This document shows positions 9,604-21,035 of a DNA stretch of 64,000 nucleotides, piece after piece. Each line of letters opens with the position of its first letter. Position 1 is the first letter of the stretch. A model generated the notes under the pieces. The model saw nothing but the letters and a program-made list of their open reading frames with translations. It ran no database searches and was not told where the DNA came from. The position numbers were made by a program, and so were the translations under genes. The stretch is taken from contig JAJEBZ010000095.1 in NCBI GenBank assembly GCA_022822275.1, positions 14,036 to 78,035 of the forward strand. Reading direction: 5' to 3'. Source of the DNA: Candidatus Poribacteria bacterium. Lineage in GTDB: Bacteria; Poribacteria; WGA-4E; WGA-3G.

Positions 9604-10815
9604 ATGGAAATTAGAGCAGCACGTGAATCAGAATTAGTACAGATCGTTGAACTGAACTGTATCGCGTTCAATCCGGGACAGCATGAACGCTATTGGCAGT
9701 ATCTCAGAGGGGATAACAGTTACAGGCTATCACAAACCCGAGTGGTTGTTGTCAATGATCGGGTGGTTTCAACTTTGCGCGTGTGGGAACGGAGGATACG
9801 TGTTGGTGCGTCCCTTGTGACAATGGCAGGCATCGGCGGTGTCTGCACTCATCCAAAATATCAAGGTGTTGGATATGCGTCTGCACTCATGCGGCAAACT
9901 ATCGGTTATCTAAAAACGAGAGGATACGATCTTGGTGTGTTGTTTACTATCATACCAGAGGAGTTCTACCACAGATTAGGTTGGACATCTTTCCCGCTAA
10001 AAGGTTTTCAAATAAGGTGTAATTCTGTGTCAAGATTGGAAAGTCAATCTTCTTGGCGGGTTCGTGCGTTCAACGTAGAAAAGGATTTAGGTGGTGTGGC
10101 TAAGATCCATGATATTGTCAACTCGCAGCAAAGTGGGAGCATTTCCCGTACACGCGCCTATTGGGATATGGAACCCTCGCGTATTCGTGGTATCCTTCCT
10201 ACCGTTGTCATCCATCAGAATGGAAACATCGGAGGATACCTAAACTATCAGATAGATGGAAAATGTGCAGAAGTCCGTGAAGTAGGATACTATTCAGACA
10301 ACCCTGAGGTTTTGGATGGACTTATATCACACCTTTTGCAAGTCTGTGTCGCAGAAGGTGTTGATGAAATAAAAGGCATATTTTCACCACAGCATGCGTT
10401 TGTCCAACAGCTGGTTGTAGAGTGCAACGGTGAAATCGCACAGACTTCAGATAGTTCTATGATGTTTTATGCAGTAAGTTTATCTACGTTGCTGCGTAGA
10501 CTTGTAGTGAGGTGGGAATCGCAGATTGCTGCTGCAGATGAAGCGTTCCCATCCCTTGCGGTCAAATTGCCGACAGTCAACGACCAGCAGGTGGCGTTGT
10601 GTTACAATGGTCAAGATACGATTCAAGTCGTAGAAAACGATTCAAATGCAGTTAACTTGGAAATGAGTGAAGAGGAATTTTGGCAGCTTCTGTTTGGTGA
10701 AATTGGGTGGGAGAAGGTCAAATCAGATTCGTCAGTGTCTGCCGAGGTTTCTGCGTTTTTAGATGTGTTGTTTCCAAAACGCGATGTCATTTTTTGGTAC
10801 CCAGATCGATATTAA
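9604..10815 (+). CDS. GNAT-family N-acetyltransferase (Eis-like two-domain architecture).
   Basis: 'MAGIGGVCTHPKYQGVGYASALMRQ' is the acetyl-CoA-binding Q/RxxGxG/A motif. At about 400 aa the protein matches Eis-type GNAT-SCP fusions. Confidence 0.5.
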   Translation: MEIRAARESELVQIVELNCIAFNPGQHERYWQYLRGDNSYRLSQTRVVVVNDRVVSTLRVWERRIRVGASLVTMAGIGGVCTHPKYQGVGYASALMRQTIGYLKTRGYDLGVLFTIIPEEFYHRLGWTSFPLKGFQIRCNSVSRLESQSSWRVRAFNVEKDLGGVAKIHDIVNSQQSGSISRTRAYWDMEPSRIRGILPTVVIHQNGNIGGYLNYQIDGKCAEVREVGYYSDNPEVLDGLISHLLQVCVAEGVDEIKGIFSPQHAFVQQLVVECNGEIAQTSDSSMMFYAVSLSTLLRRLVVRWESQIAAADEAFPSLAVKLPTVNDQQVALCYNGQDTIQVVENDSNAVNLEMSEEEFWQLLFGEIGWEKVKSDSSVSAEVSAFLDVLFPKRDVIFWYPDRY

Positions 10816-10828
10816 TGTGGAGGGAAAC

Positions 10829-11743
10829 ATGAAAAAACTATACTTTGAATATCAATTGAAAGGCACCCAGACAAGTTCATTTGGAACTACCGGAAGAATT
10901 AATCATGATTCCAGTGAATTCTATAAGGGTAAACTCTACGCTGACCAAAACTTGCCAGAACCTGAAGCATGGATAGAAAACCCAATTCCCGCTGAAAGCC
11001 TTGACCAACTCTATTGTGCCTCCAGCGAGCAGATGTCCGAAATTCCGGATGGCAGCATTCACCTAATGGTCACATCACCGCCTTACAATGCGAAAAAGGA
11101 ATATGATGATGATCTGTCGTTAGATGAATACAGAGAACTTCTGCGTGCCGTGTTTGCCGAAACCTACAAAAAGTTAGTGACGGGTGGACGTGCATGCATT
11201 AATATTGCTAATTTAGGAAGAAAACCTTATATTCCGTTACACAGCCATATCATAGAAGATATGTTAGCAATCGGTTATTACATGCGCGGAGAAATTATCT
11301 GGGACAAAGCTGCAAGCGCAGGAAGTTCTACTGCATGGGGGAGTTGGTTGTCCGCGGCGAATCCTGTATTGAGAGATGTTCACGAATATATCCTTGTGTT
11401 TTCTAAAGGCTCTTTTTCGCGTAAACGCAACGATAAAGAAAATTCTATAAGCAAAGAGGATTTCTTAGATTGGACAAAAAGCGTTTGGACATTCCCCTCC
11501 GTTTCAGCGAAACGTATCGGTCATCCTGCCCCCTTCCCAGAAGAACTACCACATCGCTTAATTCAGTTATATACTTTCGTGGGTGATGTTGTCTTAGACC
11601 CATTTTGCGGGAGTGGTACGACCTGTTTGAGTGCTTTGAAATCAGATAGACATTATATCGGATACGATAATGAAGAAGACTATATAAAATTGGCAAACGA
11701 GCGGATCAAACAGTTTACTGATCAACTCCGTTTGCCAATATAA
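10829..11743 (+). CDS. Beta-class DNA methyltransferase (N6-adenine or N4-cytosine).
   Basis: Motif IV 'SPPY' precedes motif I 'FCGSGTT', which is the beta-class order. The predicted start at 10829 follows an RBS 'GGAGGG'. The longer ORF from 10763 overlaps the preceding gene. No restriction enzyme gene is adjacent. Confidence 0.7.
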   Translation: MKKLYFEYQLKGTQTSSFGTTGRINHDSSEFYKGKLYADQNLPEPEAWIENPIPAESLDQLYCASSEQMSEIPDGSIHLMVTSPPYNAKKEYDDDLSLDEYRELLRAVFAETYKKLVTGGRACINIANLGRKPYIPLHSHIIEDMLAIGYYMRGEIIWDKAASAGSSTAWGSWLSAANPVLRDVHEYILVFSKGSFSRKRNDKENSISKEDFLDWTKSVWTFPSVSAKRIGHPAPFPEELPHRLIQLYTFVGDVVLDPFCGSGTTCLSALKSDRHYIGYDNEEDYIKLANERIKQFTDQLRLPI

Positions 11744-11766
11744 ATTCAAACTTTTTTAGCAATCGA

Positions 11767-14079
11767 CTATGCCGAAATTGTATACATTTTGCCTGCTTTC
11801 GTATGGAAGTTAACAACATCCTTTGACTGAGAGTACTTTATTCGTTCCCCATCACATGTCACGGAAACAGTGCCGGGTGTTCGGACCCAGCAGTCTTCCC
11901 CAAGGTTAGATAGAATTCGTGCTTGCGTGAGTTTTCCATCCTTCCACTCCATATCAACATCAAAGCCACCACGTGCACGCAACCCTTTGACGTGTCCAGT
12001 GTTCCACGTCTTCGGAAGTGCAGGGAGTAGGTGTATATCACGTGTATGACTCTGAAGCAACATTTCAGCGATTCCAGCAGTTCCGCCAAAATTGCCGTCA
12101 ATCTGAAATGGTGGGTGCGTATCAAATAGGTTTGTCAAGGTACACTTCGCGAGAAGTGTTTGGAGATGGTTGTATGCTTCTTCTCCTTCCTCAAGCCGTG
12201 CCAAGAAGTTGATAAGCCATGCACGGCTCCATCCTGTGCCGCCGCCTCCGTGTGCTAAACGAGTTTCCAACGATTTTTTTGCTGCGGCTGCCAACTCTGG
12301 TGTACCGCGCAATGTTATCTGACAACTTGGATGGAGGGCATATAAGTGTGACATGTGTCGGTGACCAGCCTTCGGTTCATGGTAATCGCATATCCACTCT
12401 TGCAGTCTTCCAGTTTTTTCACTAATTTGAAGTGGGACGAGGTTATCAAGTGCCGAGGACAATTCTGCACGGAAGTCTTCGTCAACGCCAAGAATATCAA
12501 TACAAGCGATGCAGTTTGTGAAGAGTTCATGGATTATCTCAAGGTCCATTGTTGCTGCATAGGTGAACATCGTGCGTGTACCGTCAGGTGCATCAAAAAC
12601 GTTTTCCGGAGAGTGAGAAGGATTCGTTACCAGTTTTCCTGGAAACGCTGTGCCTTCAGGTGCTTCAACAAGAAAGTCAAGGATAAATTGGGCTGCGCCT
12701 TTCATCAATGGATACGCGCGTTCTCTCAGAAATTTTTCATCACCACCGAATTGATAGTGTTCCCAAACATGTTCACATAACCATGCGGCACCCATTGGCC
12801 AAACACCCCAAACGCCATCAGCGGGAGTGGTAAAACCCCAAATATCTGTGAGATGATGTACGACCCAACCTTCAGCCCCATAGTGTGTCTTCGCTGTCTG
12901 ATTCCCCGGTTCAACAAGAGATTCCATCAGATCAAACAAGGGTGTGTGGCATTCTGGCAGGTTACAGATTTCTGGGACCCAATAGTTCATTTGAACATTT
13001 ATATTGGTATGATAATCACTGTTCCAAGGTGCGTTCATGTGTTCGTTCCAAACACCTTGAAGGTTTGCGGGGAAACATCCCGGGCGTGAGCTCCCCATCA
13101 GTAGATAACGTCCGTATTGGAAGTAGAGCGTTACAAGGCCCGGGTCTTCCGCGCCAGTCTTCACTGCAGCCAAACGTTCATCAGTCGGTAGGTTTTCTGC
13201 ATCAGTAGAACCGAGCTCTAAATCAACACGTCTGAAAAGCGATTGATGATCTGCTATGTGTTCTGAAAGGATTGATTCATAAGTTTTCGTCTCAATAGCA
13301 TTCAGATAATTTTCGCATCGTTCATAGGGATCAGCACTTGTGTCCTGTCTATTGATGTAGTTTGTTGCAGCGGCGATATAGAATGTTGCGGCATCAGCGT
13401 CACTCACAGAGATTCTGTCATTTTTTGCTTGTGATGTGCCACCTTCAACGTTTACCTGAATATCTGCTGCAAAACGTATCACGCCACTATCACCACAATT
13501 TCCATCAAGACGCAATACGTTGTCAGAGGTTGCGGTGACGGTTGCATTTTGTTCGCGTGTCATGGTGACATCAAATTTGAGTTTTCCTGGGGAATTGCTT
13601 TCAACTCTAACAACGATAACATTGTCAACTGCTGTAGCAAAAACTTCTCTGCTAAAGATGACATCACCGTGTTGATAGGTTGTCCTTGCAATGCCGGTGT
13701 CTAAATCCAGTTCTCGTCGGTATTCTGAAACATCTGCCCTGTGTGAGAAATCAAGGAATAGATCCCCTAAAGATTGGTAGGATTTGATCCGTTTCTCTAT
13801 CCCGTGCATGGTTTCACCAGCAAGTTGGGTTGCCTCTTCGTTTTTGTCGTCAAAGAGCAGTTGTCGGACCTTTGGAAGTGCTTCTAAAGCCTTTGGGTTG
13901 TTGTTATTGTTTTCGCGAGGACCGCCATCCCAAATCGTTTCTTCGTTCAGTTGGATACGTTCACGTTGAATACCACCGAACACCATCGCACCGAGTCTTC
14001 CGTTTCCGACTGGAAGTGCGTCTGTCCACTGTTCGGCAGGTTTGTTATACCATAATGTCAGGTTATCTGTGTTTTTCAT
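11767..14079 (-). CDS. Glycoside hydrolase family 95 (alpha-L-fucosidase-like).
   Basis: The N-terminus '[28 protein letters not shown]...NEETIWDG' is the canonical GH95 start. At 770 aa the length fits GH95 enzymes. Confidence 0.8.
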   Translation of the reverse strand: MKNTDNLTLWYNKPAEQWTDALPVGNGRLGAMVFGGIQRERIQLNEETIWDGGPRENNNNNPKALEALPKVRQLLFDDKNEEATQLAGETMHGIEKRIKSYQSLGDLFLDFSHRADVSEYRRELDLDTGIARTTYQHGDVIFSREVFATAVDNVIVVRVESNSPGKLKFDVTMTREQNATVTATSDNVLRLDGNCGDSGVIRFAADIQVNVEGGTSQAKNDRISVSDADAATFYIAAATNYINRQDTSADPYERCENYLNAIETKTYESILSEHIADHQSLFRRVDLELGSTDAENLPTDERLAAVKTGAEDPGLVTLYFQYGRYLLMGSSRPGCFPANLQGVWNEHMNAPWNSDYHTNINVQMNYWVPEICNLPECHTPLFDLMESLVEPGNQTAKTHYGAEGWVVHHLTDIWGFTTPADGVWGVWPMGAAWLCEHVWEHYQFGGDEKFLRERAYPLMKGAAQFILDFLVEAPEGTAFPGKLVTNPSHSPENVFDAPDGTRTMFTYAATMDLEIIHELFTNCIACIDILGVDEDFRAELSSALDNLVPLQISEKTGRLQEWICDYHEPKAGHRHMSHLYALHPSCQITLRGTPELAAAAKKSLETRLAHGGGGTGWSRAWLINFLARLEEGEEAYNHLQTLLAKCTLTNLFDTHPPFQIDGNFGGTAGIAEMLLQSHTRDIHLLPALPKTWNTGHVKGLRARGGFDVDMEWKDGKLTQARILSNLGEDCWVRTPGTVSVTCDGERIKYSQSKDVVNFHTKAGKMYTISA

Positions 14080-14146
14080 AGTTCCTCTCTTTCATGTAAA
14101 TAGTTCTTTTCCAAACCGCATTAAGGTTTAGAATGTTTTGTAGTGA

Positions 14147-15511
14147 TTAGGATTTATTCCGTGAATCCCAGACACATCTGAATCCGATGTTTGCCGCATA
14201 ATCAGCAATATACAATGTAGTGCGGAAATTTGTGAGTGCTGGTGCACAACTCCAACGGGCAGCAGTATGGAACGGGTCTGATGAAGTAAAAATGGTACCA
14301 CCCCGCAATACGCGATCGGTTTTAATGTCCAAAAACTTTGATATTAACATATCCCAATCCTCTTGTTTATCTACACCTGCAACTGGATTCCGTAAGGGTG
14401 AAGAAGAATAGAAATCTGCATTGAAAGCATCAAGACACCACTCCCAAACGTTCCCAACCATGTCATATAAACCGTAACTGTTGGCTGGATATTTTCCTAC
14501 TGAGATGATATTACCAACATCTTTACCGCAAAAAACCATGTTTGGATCAAGTTCACTTCCCCATGGATATTTTTGTCCAGTTTTTCCACCGCGTGCAGCT
14601 TTTTCCCATTCTGCTTCTGTTGGTAGGCGTTTTCCTGCCCATTTAGCATAAGCCATCGCCGCATACCAACTTATGTGAGTTACGGGATGATTAGCCTTTT
14701 CATCTGTATAGCTAGTCCAATCCCATTGTTTTAGATAGTCTTCATCATGATAGTTACTTAAAATCTGCTTGAATATCCTTCTTGTTTTATTCCAATTTCT
14801 CAGTCTACCTGGTTTCCGCCATTGCGGGTTTGCATCAAGAAACTTCTTATATTGTGCATTGGTCACTGGGTACTTGTCAATACAAAATGTATCGACGTAA
14901 ACTGTATGTACTGGTTTTTCTCGGTCATTTGCTTTTTCGTTGTTGTTGCCCATTTGGAACTCACCTGCGGGGATGGGTACCATGTCTTCAGGAATTGAAA
15001 CACTTATAGATGTCTCATCATCAGTATTTGGTAATTCATCTGATTCAGAGGAAGGAACCTCTTCTGTTTGGATAGGTTCGATAGGTTGTGATATTTCATT
15101 TTGAAGTGATGCAATGTGTTCAGCTCGTTTTTGTGGGTCTTTGAGTGTATCGCGTGCTTGATTTAGCACTGTTCGCCACTGTTCTTGTGTTCTACCGTCA
15201 GGACGAGGAAGTCCACCTGCACGTAACGAGTCGCTGTAGTATTTCTGATGTGCTGCATCAACACGGGTTACTATCGTTTCTTCACTTTGGTCTTGTAATT
15301 CTTCAAGGGATAATCCGAGAACTTGAAAATAATTGACACTTTCTCCAACAATTAACCCTGATGATTTTAGTATCTCATCTGCTTTTTCAACGGAGAGGTC
15401 AAACTCCCGGACCGCTCGGTGGAGCAGTCCTCTACGTTGCGCGTCAGTAATAGTTGGCGACAGTGTCTTAAGTGTGTTGATGACCTCAATGAAATCTTCA
15501 TGTTTGGACAT
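14147..15511 (-). CDS. J-like domain / FGE-sulfatase-fold fusion protein, paralog 1.
   Basis: The N-terminal segment 'NYFQVLGLSLEEL...HQKYYSDSLRAGGLPRPDGRT...LNQARDTLKDPQKRAEH' has J-domain architecture with HPD replaced by YSDS. The C-terminal segment 'HPVTHISWYAAMAYAKWAGKRLPTEAEWEKAARGG...YPWG...GNVWEWCLD...RVLRGG...GFRCV' is an FGE-sulfatase (SUMF1/PvdO) fold lacking the catalytic Cys pair. Confidence 0.75.
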   Translation of the reverse strand: MSKHEDFIEVINTLKTLSPTITDAQRRGLLHRAVREFDLSVEKADEILKSSGLIVGESVNYFQVLGLSLEELQDQSEETIVTRVDAAHQKYYSDSLRAGGLPRPDGRTQEQWRTVLNQARDTLKDPQKRAEHIASLQNEISQPIEPIQTEEVPSSESDELPNTDDETSISVSIPEDMVPIPAGEFQMGNNNEKANDREKPVHTVYVDTFCIDKYPVTNAQYKKFLDANPQWRKPGRLRNWNKTRRIFKQILSNYHDEDYLKQWDWTSYTDEKANHPVTHISWYAAMAYAKWAGKRLPTEAEWEKAARGGKTGQKYPWGSELDPNMVFCGKDVGNIISVGKYPANSYGLYDMVGNVWEWCLDAFNADFYSSSPLRNPVAGVDKQEDWDMLISKFLDIKTDRVLRGGTIFTSSDPFHTAARWSCAPALTNFRTTLYIADYAANIGFRCVWDSRNKS

Positions 15512-15559
15512 GTGTTGATTGCCTTTAAGATTCTAATTTTCAGTATGTATCAAAGTAGG

Positions 15560-16939
15560 TTATAAAGATTTAAATTTTAGCTGCACATCCCATGCACATC
15601 GGAATCCGACGTTAGTAGCAAATTCTGTTGATTGTCGGGGTAAGACATTTGTTAAATAAACTGCGGTGAGAAGCGGTGAACGCCCACGTCGTATAGCTGT
15701 CTGAACCGGTTCTGATGAAGTAAACTGTGTTCCACCTCGCAATACGCGATCGGTTGTAATGTTGTGAGTCTTGAAAAGTAATAAATCTAAATTTTCCTTC
15801 GTATTTTCATCGGAAACTGAATTCGGTGTTGACGTAGAACCGTAGTAATCGGCATCATATTCATCAATACACCATTCCCAGACGTTCCCTACCATGTCAT
15901 ATAAACCGTAGTTGTTTGGTGGATATTTTCCGATAGAAGTTGTCTTACCGACCTCCTTTCCGCAATATGCCATGTCTGAATTGAGCTGATTACCCCATGG
16001 ATATTTTTGTCCGTTTTTTCCACCGCGAGCAGCCTTTTCCCATTCCGCTTCTGTCGGTAGACGTTTTCCTGCCCATTGTGAGTATGCCATCGCTGCATAC
16101 CAGCTAACGTGAGTAACCGGATGGTCAGCCTTAGACCTCGGAAATTCGTTCCCGTTCCAATGTCTTAGGTAGTTAACACCGTGGTATTTCTTGAATATAG
16201 AGAGCATGATTTTCTTGATTCTATTCTGTCTACTCCACCACTTCGGGGGTTTTTTAGCCCATTGCTTATTTTCATTAACAAACCTCTTATATTGTGCATT
16301 GGTAACAGGATATTTGTCTATGTAGAAAGCATCTACATAGACTTCAAGAGGTGACAATTTACGCATTTGTGATTTATCATTATTGCTACCCATTTGGAAC
16401 TCACCTGCTGGTATGTACACCATATCATCTGTTATAGAGTGTGATAAAGATGTCTCTTCAGTTTTGTATAATTCATCCGGTTCAGAGGAAGGAACCTCTT
16501 CTGTTTGGATAGGTTGTGATATTTCATTTTGAAGTGATGCAATGTGTTCAGCTCGTTTTTGTGTGTCTTTTAGTGTATCACGTGCTTGATTTAGCACTGT
16601 TCGCCACTGTTCTTGTGTTCTACCGTCAGGACGTGGGAGTCCGCCTGCCCGTAACGAGTCGCTATAGTATTTCTGATGTGCTGCATCAATACGGGTTGTT
16701 ATAGCATCTTCACTTTGGTCTTGTAATTCTTCAAGGGATAATCCGAGAACTTGAAAATAATTGACACTTTCTCCAACAATTAACCCAGATGATTTTAGTA
16801 TTTTATCAGCTTCTTCAACGGAGAGCTCAAACTCCCGGACCGCACGGTGGAGCAGTCCTCTACGTTGCGCGTCAGTAATAGTTGGCGACAGTGTCTTAAG
16901 TGTGTTGATGACTTCAATGAAATCTTGGTGTTTGGACAT
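15560..16939 (-). CDS. J-like domain / FGE-sulfatase-fold fusion protein, paralog 2.
   Basis: The N-terminal 120 aa are near-identical to paralog 1, and the overall architecture is the same. Confidence 0.75.
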   Translation of the reverse strand: MSKHQDFIEVINTLKTLSPTITDAQRRGLLHRAVREFELSVEEADKILKSSGLIVGESVNYFQVLGLSLEELQDQSEDAITTRIDAAHQKYYSDSLRAGGLPRPDGRTQEQWRTVLNQARDTLKDTQKRAEHIASLQNEISQPIQTEEVPSSEPDELYKTEETSLSHSITDDMVYIPAGEFQMGSNNDKSQMRKLSPLEVYVDAFYIDKYPVTNAQYKRFVNENKQWAKKPPKWWSRQNRIKKIMLSIFKKYHGVNYLRHWNGNEFPRSKADHPVTHVSWYAAMAYSQWAGKRLPTEAEWEKAARGGKNGQKYPWGNQLNSDMAYCGKEVGKTTSIGKYPPNNYGLYDMVGNVWEWCIDEYDADYYGSTSTPNSVSDENTKENLDLLLFKTHNITTDRVLRGGTQFTSSEPVQTAIRRGRSPLLTAVYLTNVLPRQSTEFATNVGFRCAWDVQLKFKSL

Positions 16940-16978
16940 GTGTTGATTTGCCTTTAAGATTGTAATCTGCTGAAGTTC

Positions 16979-18160
16979 TCAAAATAGATATAGAGTTTCT
17001 GACTTAAGTTTTATATCCCAAGCACATCGGAATCCGATGTTTGCCGAGAAACTTGATAAGTGTTTTGAATATACTGAGGTGTAAAAGGGAGAACGACCAC
17101 TTCGTAAGGCTGTCTGAATAGGTTCAGAGGTTGTAAAAAGAGAACCCCCTCGCAAGACGCGATCCGTTGAAACGTTACTATAATAGGAGCATAATTGTTG
17201 CAACTCCTTTTCCGTGTTTACACCGGCAACTGGATTTCTATCCGAAGCAGTTGCAAAGAAATTTGGCACATATTCATCAAGACACCACTCCCAGACGTTC
17301 CCTACAATATCGTGCAAACCGTAGTTATTCGGAGGATATTGTCCTATAGCAGTGGTCACTCCAACCTTATTTCCACAATATGCCATGCTATAATTGAGTT
17401 CATCTCCCCATGGGTATTTTTGTCCTGTTAATCCACCGCGAGCAGCCTTTTCCCATTCTGCCTCTGTTGGCAAACGTTTACCTGCCCACTCAGCATAAGC
17501 CATTGCAGCGTACCAACTCACATGCGTTACAGGATGGTCGGCTTTTCCAATCGGGAAGTTGTCCCCGTTCCAATGTTTTAAGTAATCTCCATCATGAAAG
17601 TTTCTATAAATAGATAACAGCTTATTCCTATTCCATTTTGATGGTTTGCTCCATTTTGGGTTGACTTCAATGAATTCCTTATATTGTGTATTGGTAACAG
17701 GATATTTGTCTATGTAAAAAGTGTCTACATAGACCTTATGTGCTTTTGGTTTGCGGTGAGTTGTGCTCTTGTTGTCTATTTGGAATTCACCAGCGGGAAT
17801 ATGTACCATATTGTCTGGAACTGAAAGTGTAATGGATGTTTGTTCAGGTGCCAGTATATCTTTTTGAATGCTGGGATCTACAGAATGTATGTCTGCATCT
17901 TTTATCATTGCGATGTGTTCAGTAAGTTTTTGTGGGTCTATTAGGGTGTCGCGTGCTTGATTGAGAATTGTTCGCCACTGTTCCTGTGTTCTACCGTCAG
18001 GACGAGGAAGTCCACCTGCCTGCAAAGATTCACTGTAACATTTCTTATGTGCTTCATAAACGATAGCAGCTATTGTGTCCTCGCTTTGGTTTTGGAATTC
18101 TTCTATAGATAGTCTTAACACTTCAAAGTAGTTTAGTTCATCACCGACCATCAACCCCAA
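16979..18160 (-). pseudogene. J-like/FGE-fold paralog 3, N-terminally truncated and possibly still expressed.
   Basis: The reading frame continues upstream to 18221 ('LVPTTCGVTSITDIQRRGLLKQAVQNYDLSVEEASEILKS') and then hits a TGA stop. The conserved 'MSKHEDFIEVINTLKTL' N-terminus is missing because the DUF2971 gene occupies that position. The only available starts are an internal TTG or ATG. Confidence 0.55.
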
Positions 18161-18219
18161 AGACTTCAGTATTTCAGAGGCTTCTTCAACGGATAGGTCA
18201 TAATTCTGTACTGCTTGCT

Positions 18220-18972
18220 TCAGCAGTCCACGTCGTTGAATATCTGTAATACTGGTGACTCCACAAGTTGTAGGAACCAGTCAGGAACTAAATGTGCAAC
18301 GACTATTTCTTGAATCAACAATTCAAGATTAACTTCATAGTTAATACCCATACCGTAGATATCCTCCCATTTGGTGATTTCCTCAATGGATATTTCCTGA
18401 ATACTACTCCTTAATTCGGTTATATCAATCCCGGAAGGAGGTTTCTGAACAATAGCTCTCACTTCTCTTTCAGACTCAAAGTTTTTTCTTTTGTATAGAT
18501 ATGGTACTAACCCGTTATCTTCTGGTATGGTATCATTATCGTAGTCAACATATTGAACCTGTCCAATATGAATTTGTTCGTTAGTTATAAAACACTTTTC
18601 GAGAGCATCAGGATTTGTTCTAATAGCAATACCACTATTCTGATTAGCATACCGATTCCACATTGACTCCGATTCATATTTGCTTTCGTGCCAGCAACTA
18701 ATAAATGTATAACGCGTTAAACGTTCCATTACGTGAGCATACTTGAATATATCTTCTTTAGAAAGATTTGGAGTTAAAGTAGTACGTAAAGTTGCATTTT
18801 TCTTTGGAAACGATCCCTCAAAAGGATCACCAAGTTTGTCTGCTCTGGCGAAAAACAGAGTGCGATTTTCCAAAATTGATACAAATTTCGTGAAGTCCAT
18901 GTATCTCCACAAAATAGCGTCTAAGGTAGGTGGTTTGTAAAATTCGAGAATTTTAGAATTTAGATCATCCAT
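18220..18972 (-). CDS. DUF2971-family protein.
   Basis: 'LWRYMDFTKFVSILENRTLFFARADKLGDPFEG' matches the DUF2971 signature (LYRY...FNDPFE), which is recalled from memory and not searched. The gene is inserted inside the J-FGE paralog array. Confidence 0.5.
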   Translation of the reverse strand: MDDLNSKILEFYKPPTLDAILWRYMDFTKFVSILENRTLFFARADKLGDPFEGSFPKKNATLRTTLTPNLSKEDIFKYAHVMERLTRYTFISCWHESKYESESMWNRYANQNSGIAIRTNPDALEKCFITNEQIHIGQVQYVDYDNDTIPEDNGLVPYLYKRKNFESEREVRAIVQKPPSGIDITELRSSIQEISIEEITKWEDIYGMGINYEVNLELLIQEIVVAHLVPDWFLQLVESPVLQIFNDVDC

Positions 18973-19074
18973 GAAATGTTGTTAGATAGACAAAATTAAC
19001 TTGTTACATTGACTTTTATTTTTAGAGTTTCCATCAGGCTAACCAGCCGTTCTAATATACGTGGTTTTGAAATT

Positions 19075-19416
19075 TCAGGTAGATTGCCTTACCTCTGCCT
19101 GTTCTCGCAAAAACTTCTGTTCTTTTTTCAGGATAGTGATGGATTCAGTGATAGTAGAATCTGCTAAAGCTTTTTTTAGAATTGCATTAAATATAAGCTT
19201 CATATCATCTTGATTATCTTGTCCGTCAAGCAAATCAAAGTAATCTACATGCTTATCCTGAATCTGCTGCAAAAGAACAGCTGACTCCCGCCCAGCGGCA
19301 TCCACGACAACAGATCGGAGCAGATCATCATTGTCAATTTTTAAGAGTTCCTCAGGTCCAAGTGTGATTTTTACACGTTCCGCTATGTAGGTTGGCATTT
19401 CCTTTATATGATACAT
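19075..19416 (-). CDS. Hypothetical acidic protein.
   Basis: This is a 113-aa ORF co-oriented with the DUF2971 gene in the array-interrupting cassette. It has no recognisable motifs. Confidence 0.3.
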   Translation of the reverse strand: MYHIKEMPTYIAERVKITLGPEELLKIDNDDLLRSVVVDAAGRESAVLLQQIQDKHVDYFDLLDGQDNQDDMKLIFNAILKKALADSTITESITILKKEQKFLREQAEVRQST

Positions 19417-19661
19417 TATATTTCCTCTATCTATGTTGTTAGAAATTGACTCATAAGGATATGATCCATTGGGAGAATCCTTTTTTACTTTAACTCAAGA
19501 AACACAAGGAATTGAAAACAGTTCTAATATTATAGTAATCAACCGAATTTTAGCATAGGATTTGACAAATAGCAATTTAAATTGGTGAAGTACTACTATA
19601 AAGGTGATAGTGCATAAATATAATGCCATGTATAGTATGAAGACGAAAAGAGGATTGTCGT

Positions 19662-21035
19662 TTACAAAGTTGCTTCCTTTACACAACGAAAACCGAAAAT
19701 CGGCAGTGTGTCTACGGGACTACTTCTGAATCGGTATGCGACCCGTGCCCCCTGTGCATCCACACTCCATGAACCTCCGCGCAACACGCGCGAAGTCTTG
19801 ATGTCCCTAAAGTTTTCGGTTGTCCACTCAATATTATTCGCATCAAAAAATGGATTGCGTGTTGGTGAATTTGCGTAGAAATCTGCATTATACGCATCAA
19901 GACACCATTCCCAAACGTTACCACACACATCATATAAACTGTAGTTGTTTGGTGGATAACGTCCAACAGGAGTAGTGCCACGTGTGTGATAGAAGTAGTT
20001 TGCTTTGCCACGGCCGATTGAATCTCCCCATGGGTATTTCTTTCCCTCTAAACCGCCGCGCGCTGCTTTTTCCCATTCTGCTTCTGTTGGAAGACGTTTG
20101 CCGACCCATTCTGCATACGCCATCGCTGCGTACCAACTGATCCGAGTGACTGGGTGGTCATCTTTTCCATCCGGAAAGTCATCACCTGCCCAATGCCTCA
20201 AGTAGGATCCGTTGTGGTGGGTTATAGAGATATGTTTTTTGAACCATTGCGGTTTACGCCACTACGGGTTTGCATCAATGAATTCTTTATACTGTGCATT
20301 GGTTACAAGGTATTTATCTATGCAGAACGTGTCAGTATAGACTGTATGTGCGGGTTTTTCACGTTCATTTGCCTTCTCCTCATTACTTCCCATCCGAAAT
20401 TCTCCTGCTGGAATGAGTGTCATATTATCGGGTACATCAACGATTAACTGGATCGATTCTGGGGTAGCAGTTTGAACATTTTGCCTTGCTGGTAGTGTGT
20501 TCTCTTCTGGAATTGCCGATTCTGCAGTGTTCGGTTCGGTAGGTTGAGATTCGGTATTTATTTGTTGAATATCATCTGCGGGTGTCTCAAATGTGTCTCC
20601 TTCAGACAGAAATGTATCCAAATATGCTTTTCGTTTTTGTGGGTCTATTAGGGTGTCGCGTGCTTGATTGAGAATTGTTCGCCACTGTTCTTCTGTTCTA
20701 CCATCAGCACGGGGACGACCGCCAGCACGCAACGAAGCGGTGTATAGTCTTTTGTGAGCAACCTCTACACGGTTCGCGATTGTCAATTCGTCTAACCTTT
20801 GAATTTCATCTATTGAGAATCCCAAGACCTCAAAGTAATCAATCCGTTCACCGATAGTCAGTCCTGCCGCATTGAGGATATTCATTGTTTCATCAATAGT
20901 GAGCCCATGCTGCTGTACCCCTAACCGCAAAAACCCCTTGCGTTGTTCGTCCGTTATAGTGGGTGAGACTGCTTTGAGTTGATTGATGAAGACAATAAAT
21001 GTATCGCGTTCGCGCATGTTCAGTCCTTTTGTCAA
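19662..21035 (-). pseudogene. J-like/FGE-fold paralog 4, disrupted by an in-frame amber codon.
   Basis: The ORFs 20262..21035 and 19662..20201 are in the same frame. The translation reads 'FIDANP*WRKPQW', where intact paralogs have 'DANPQWRKP'. The plus-strand 'cta' at 20262-20264 is the TAG. This is a single CAG-to-TAG change. Confidence 0.7.
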
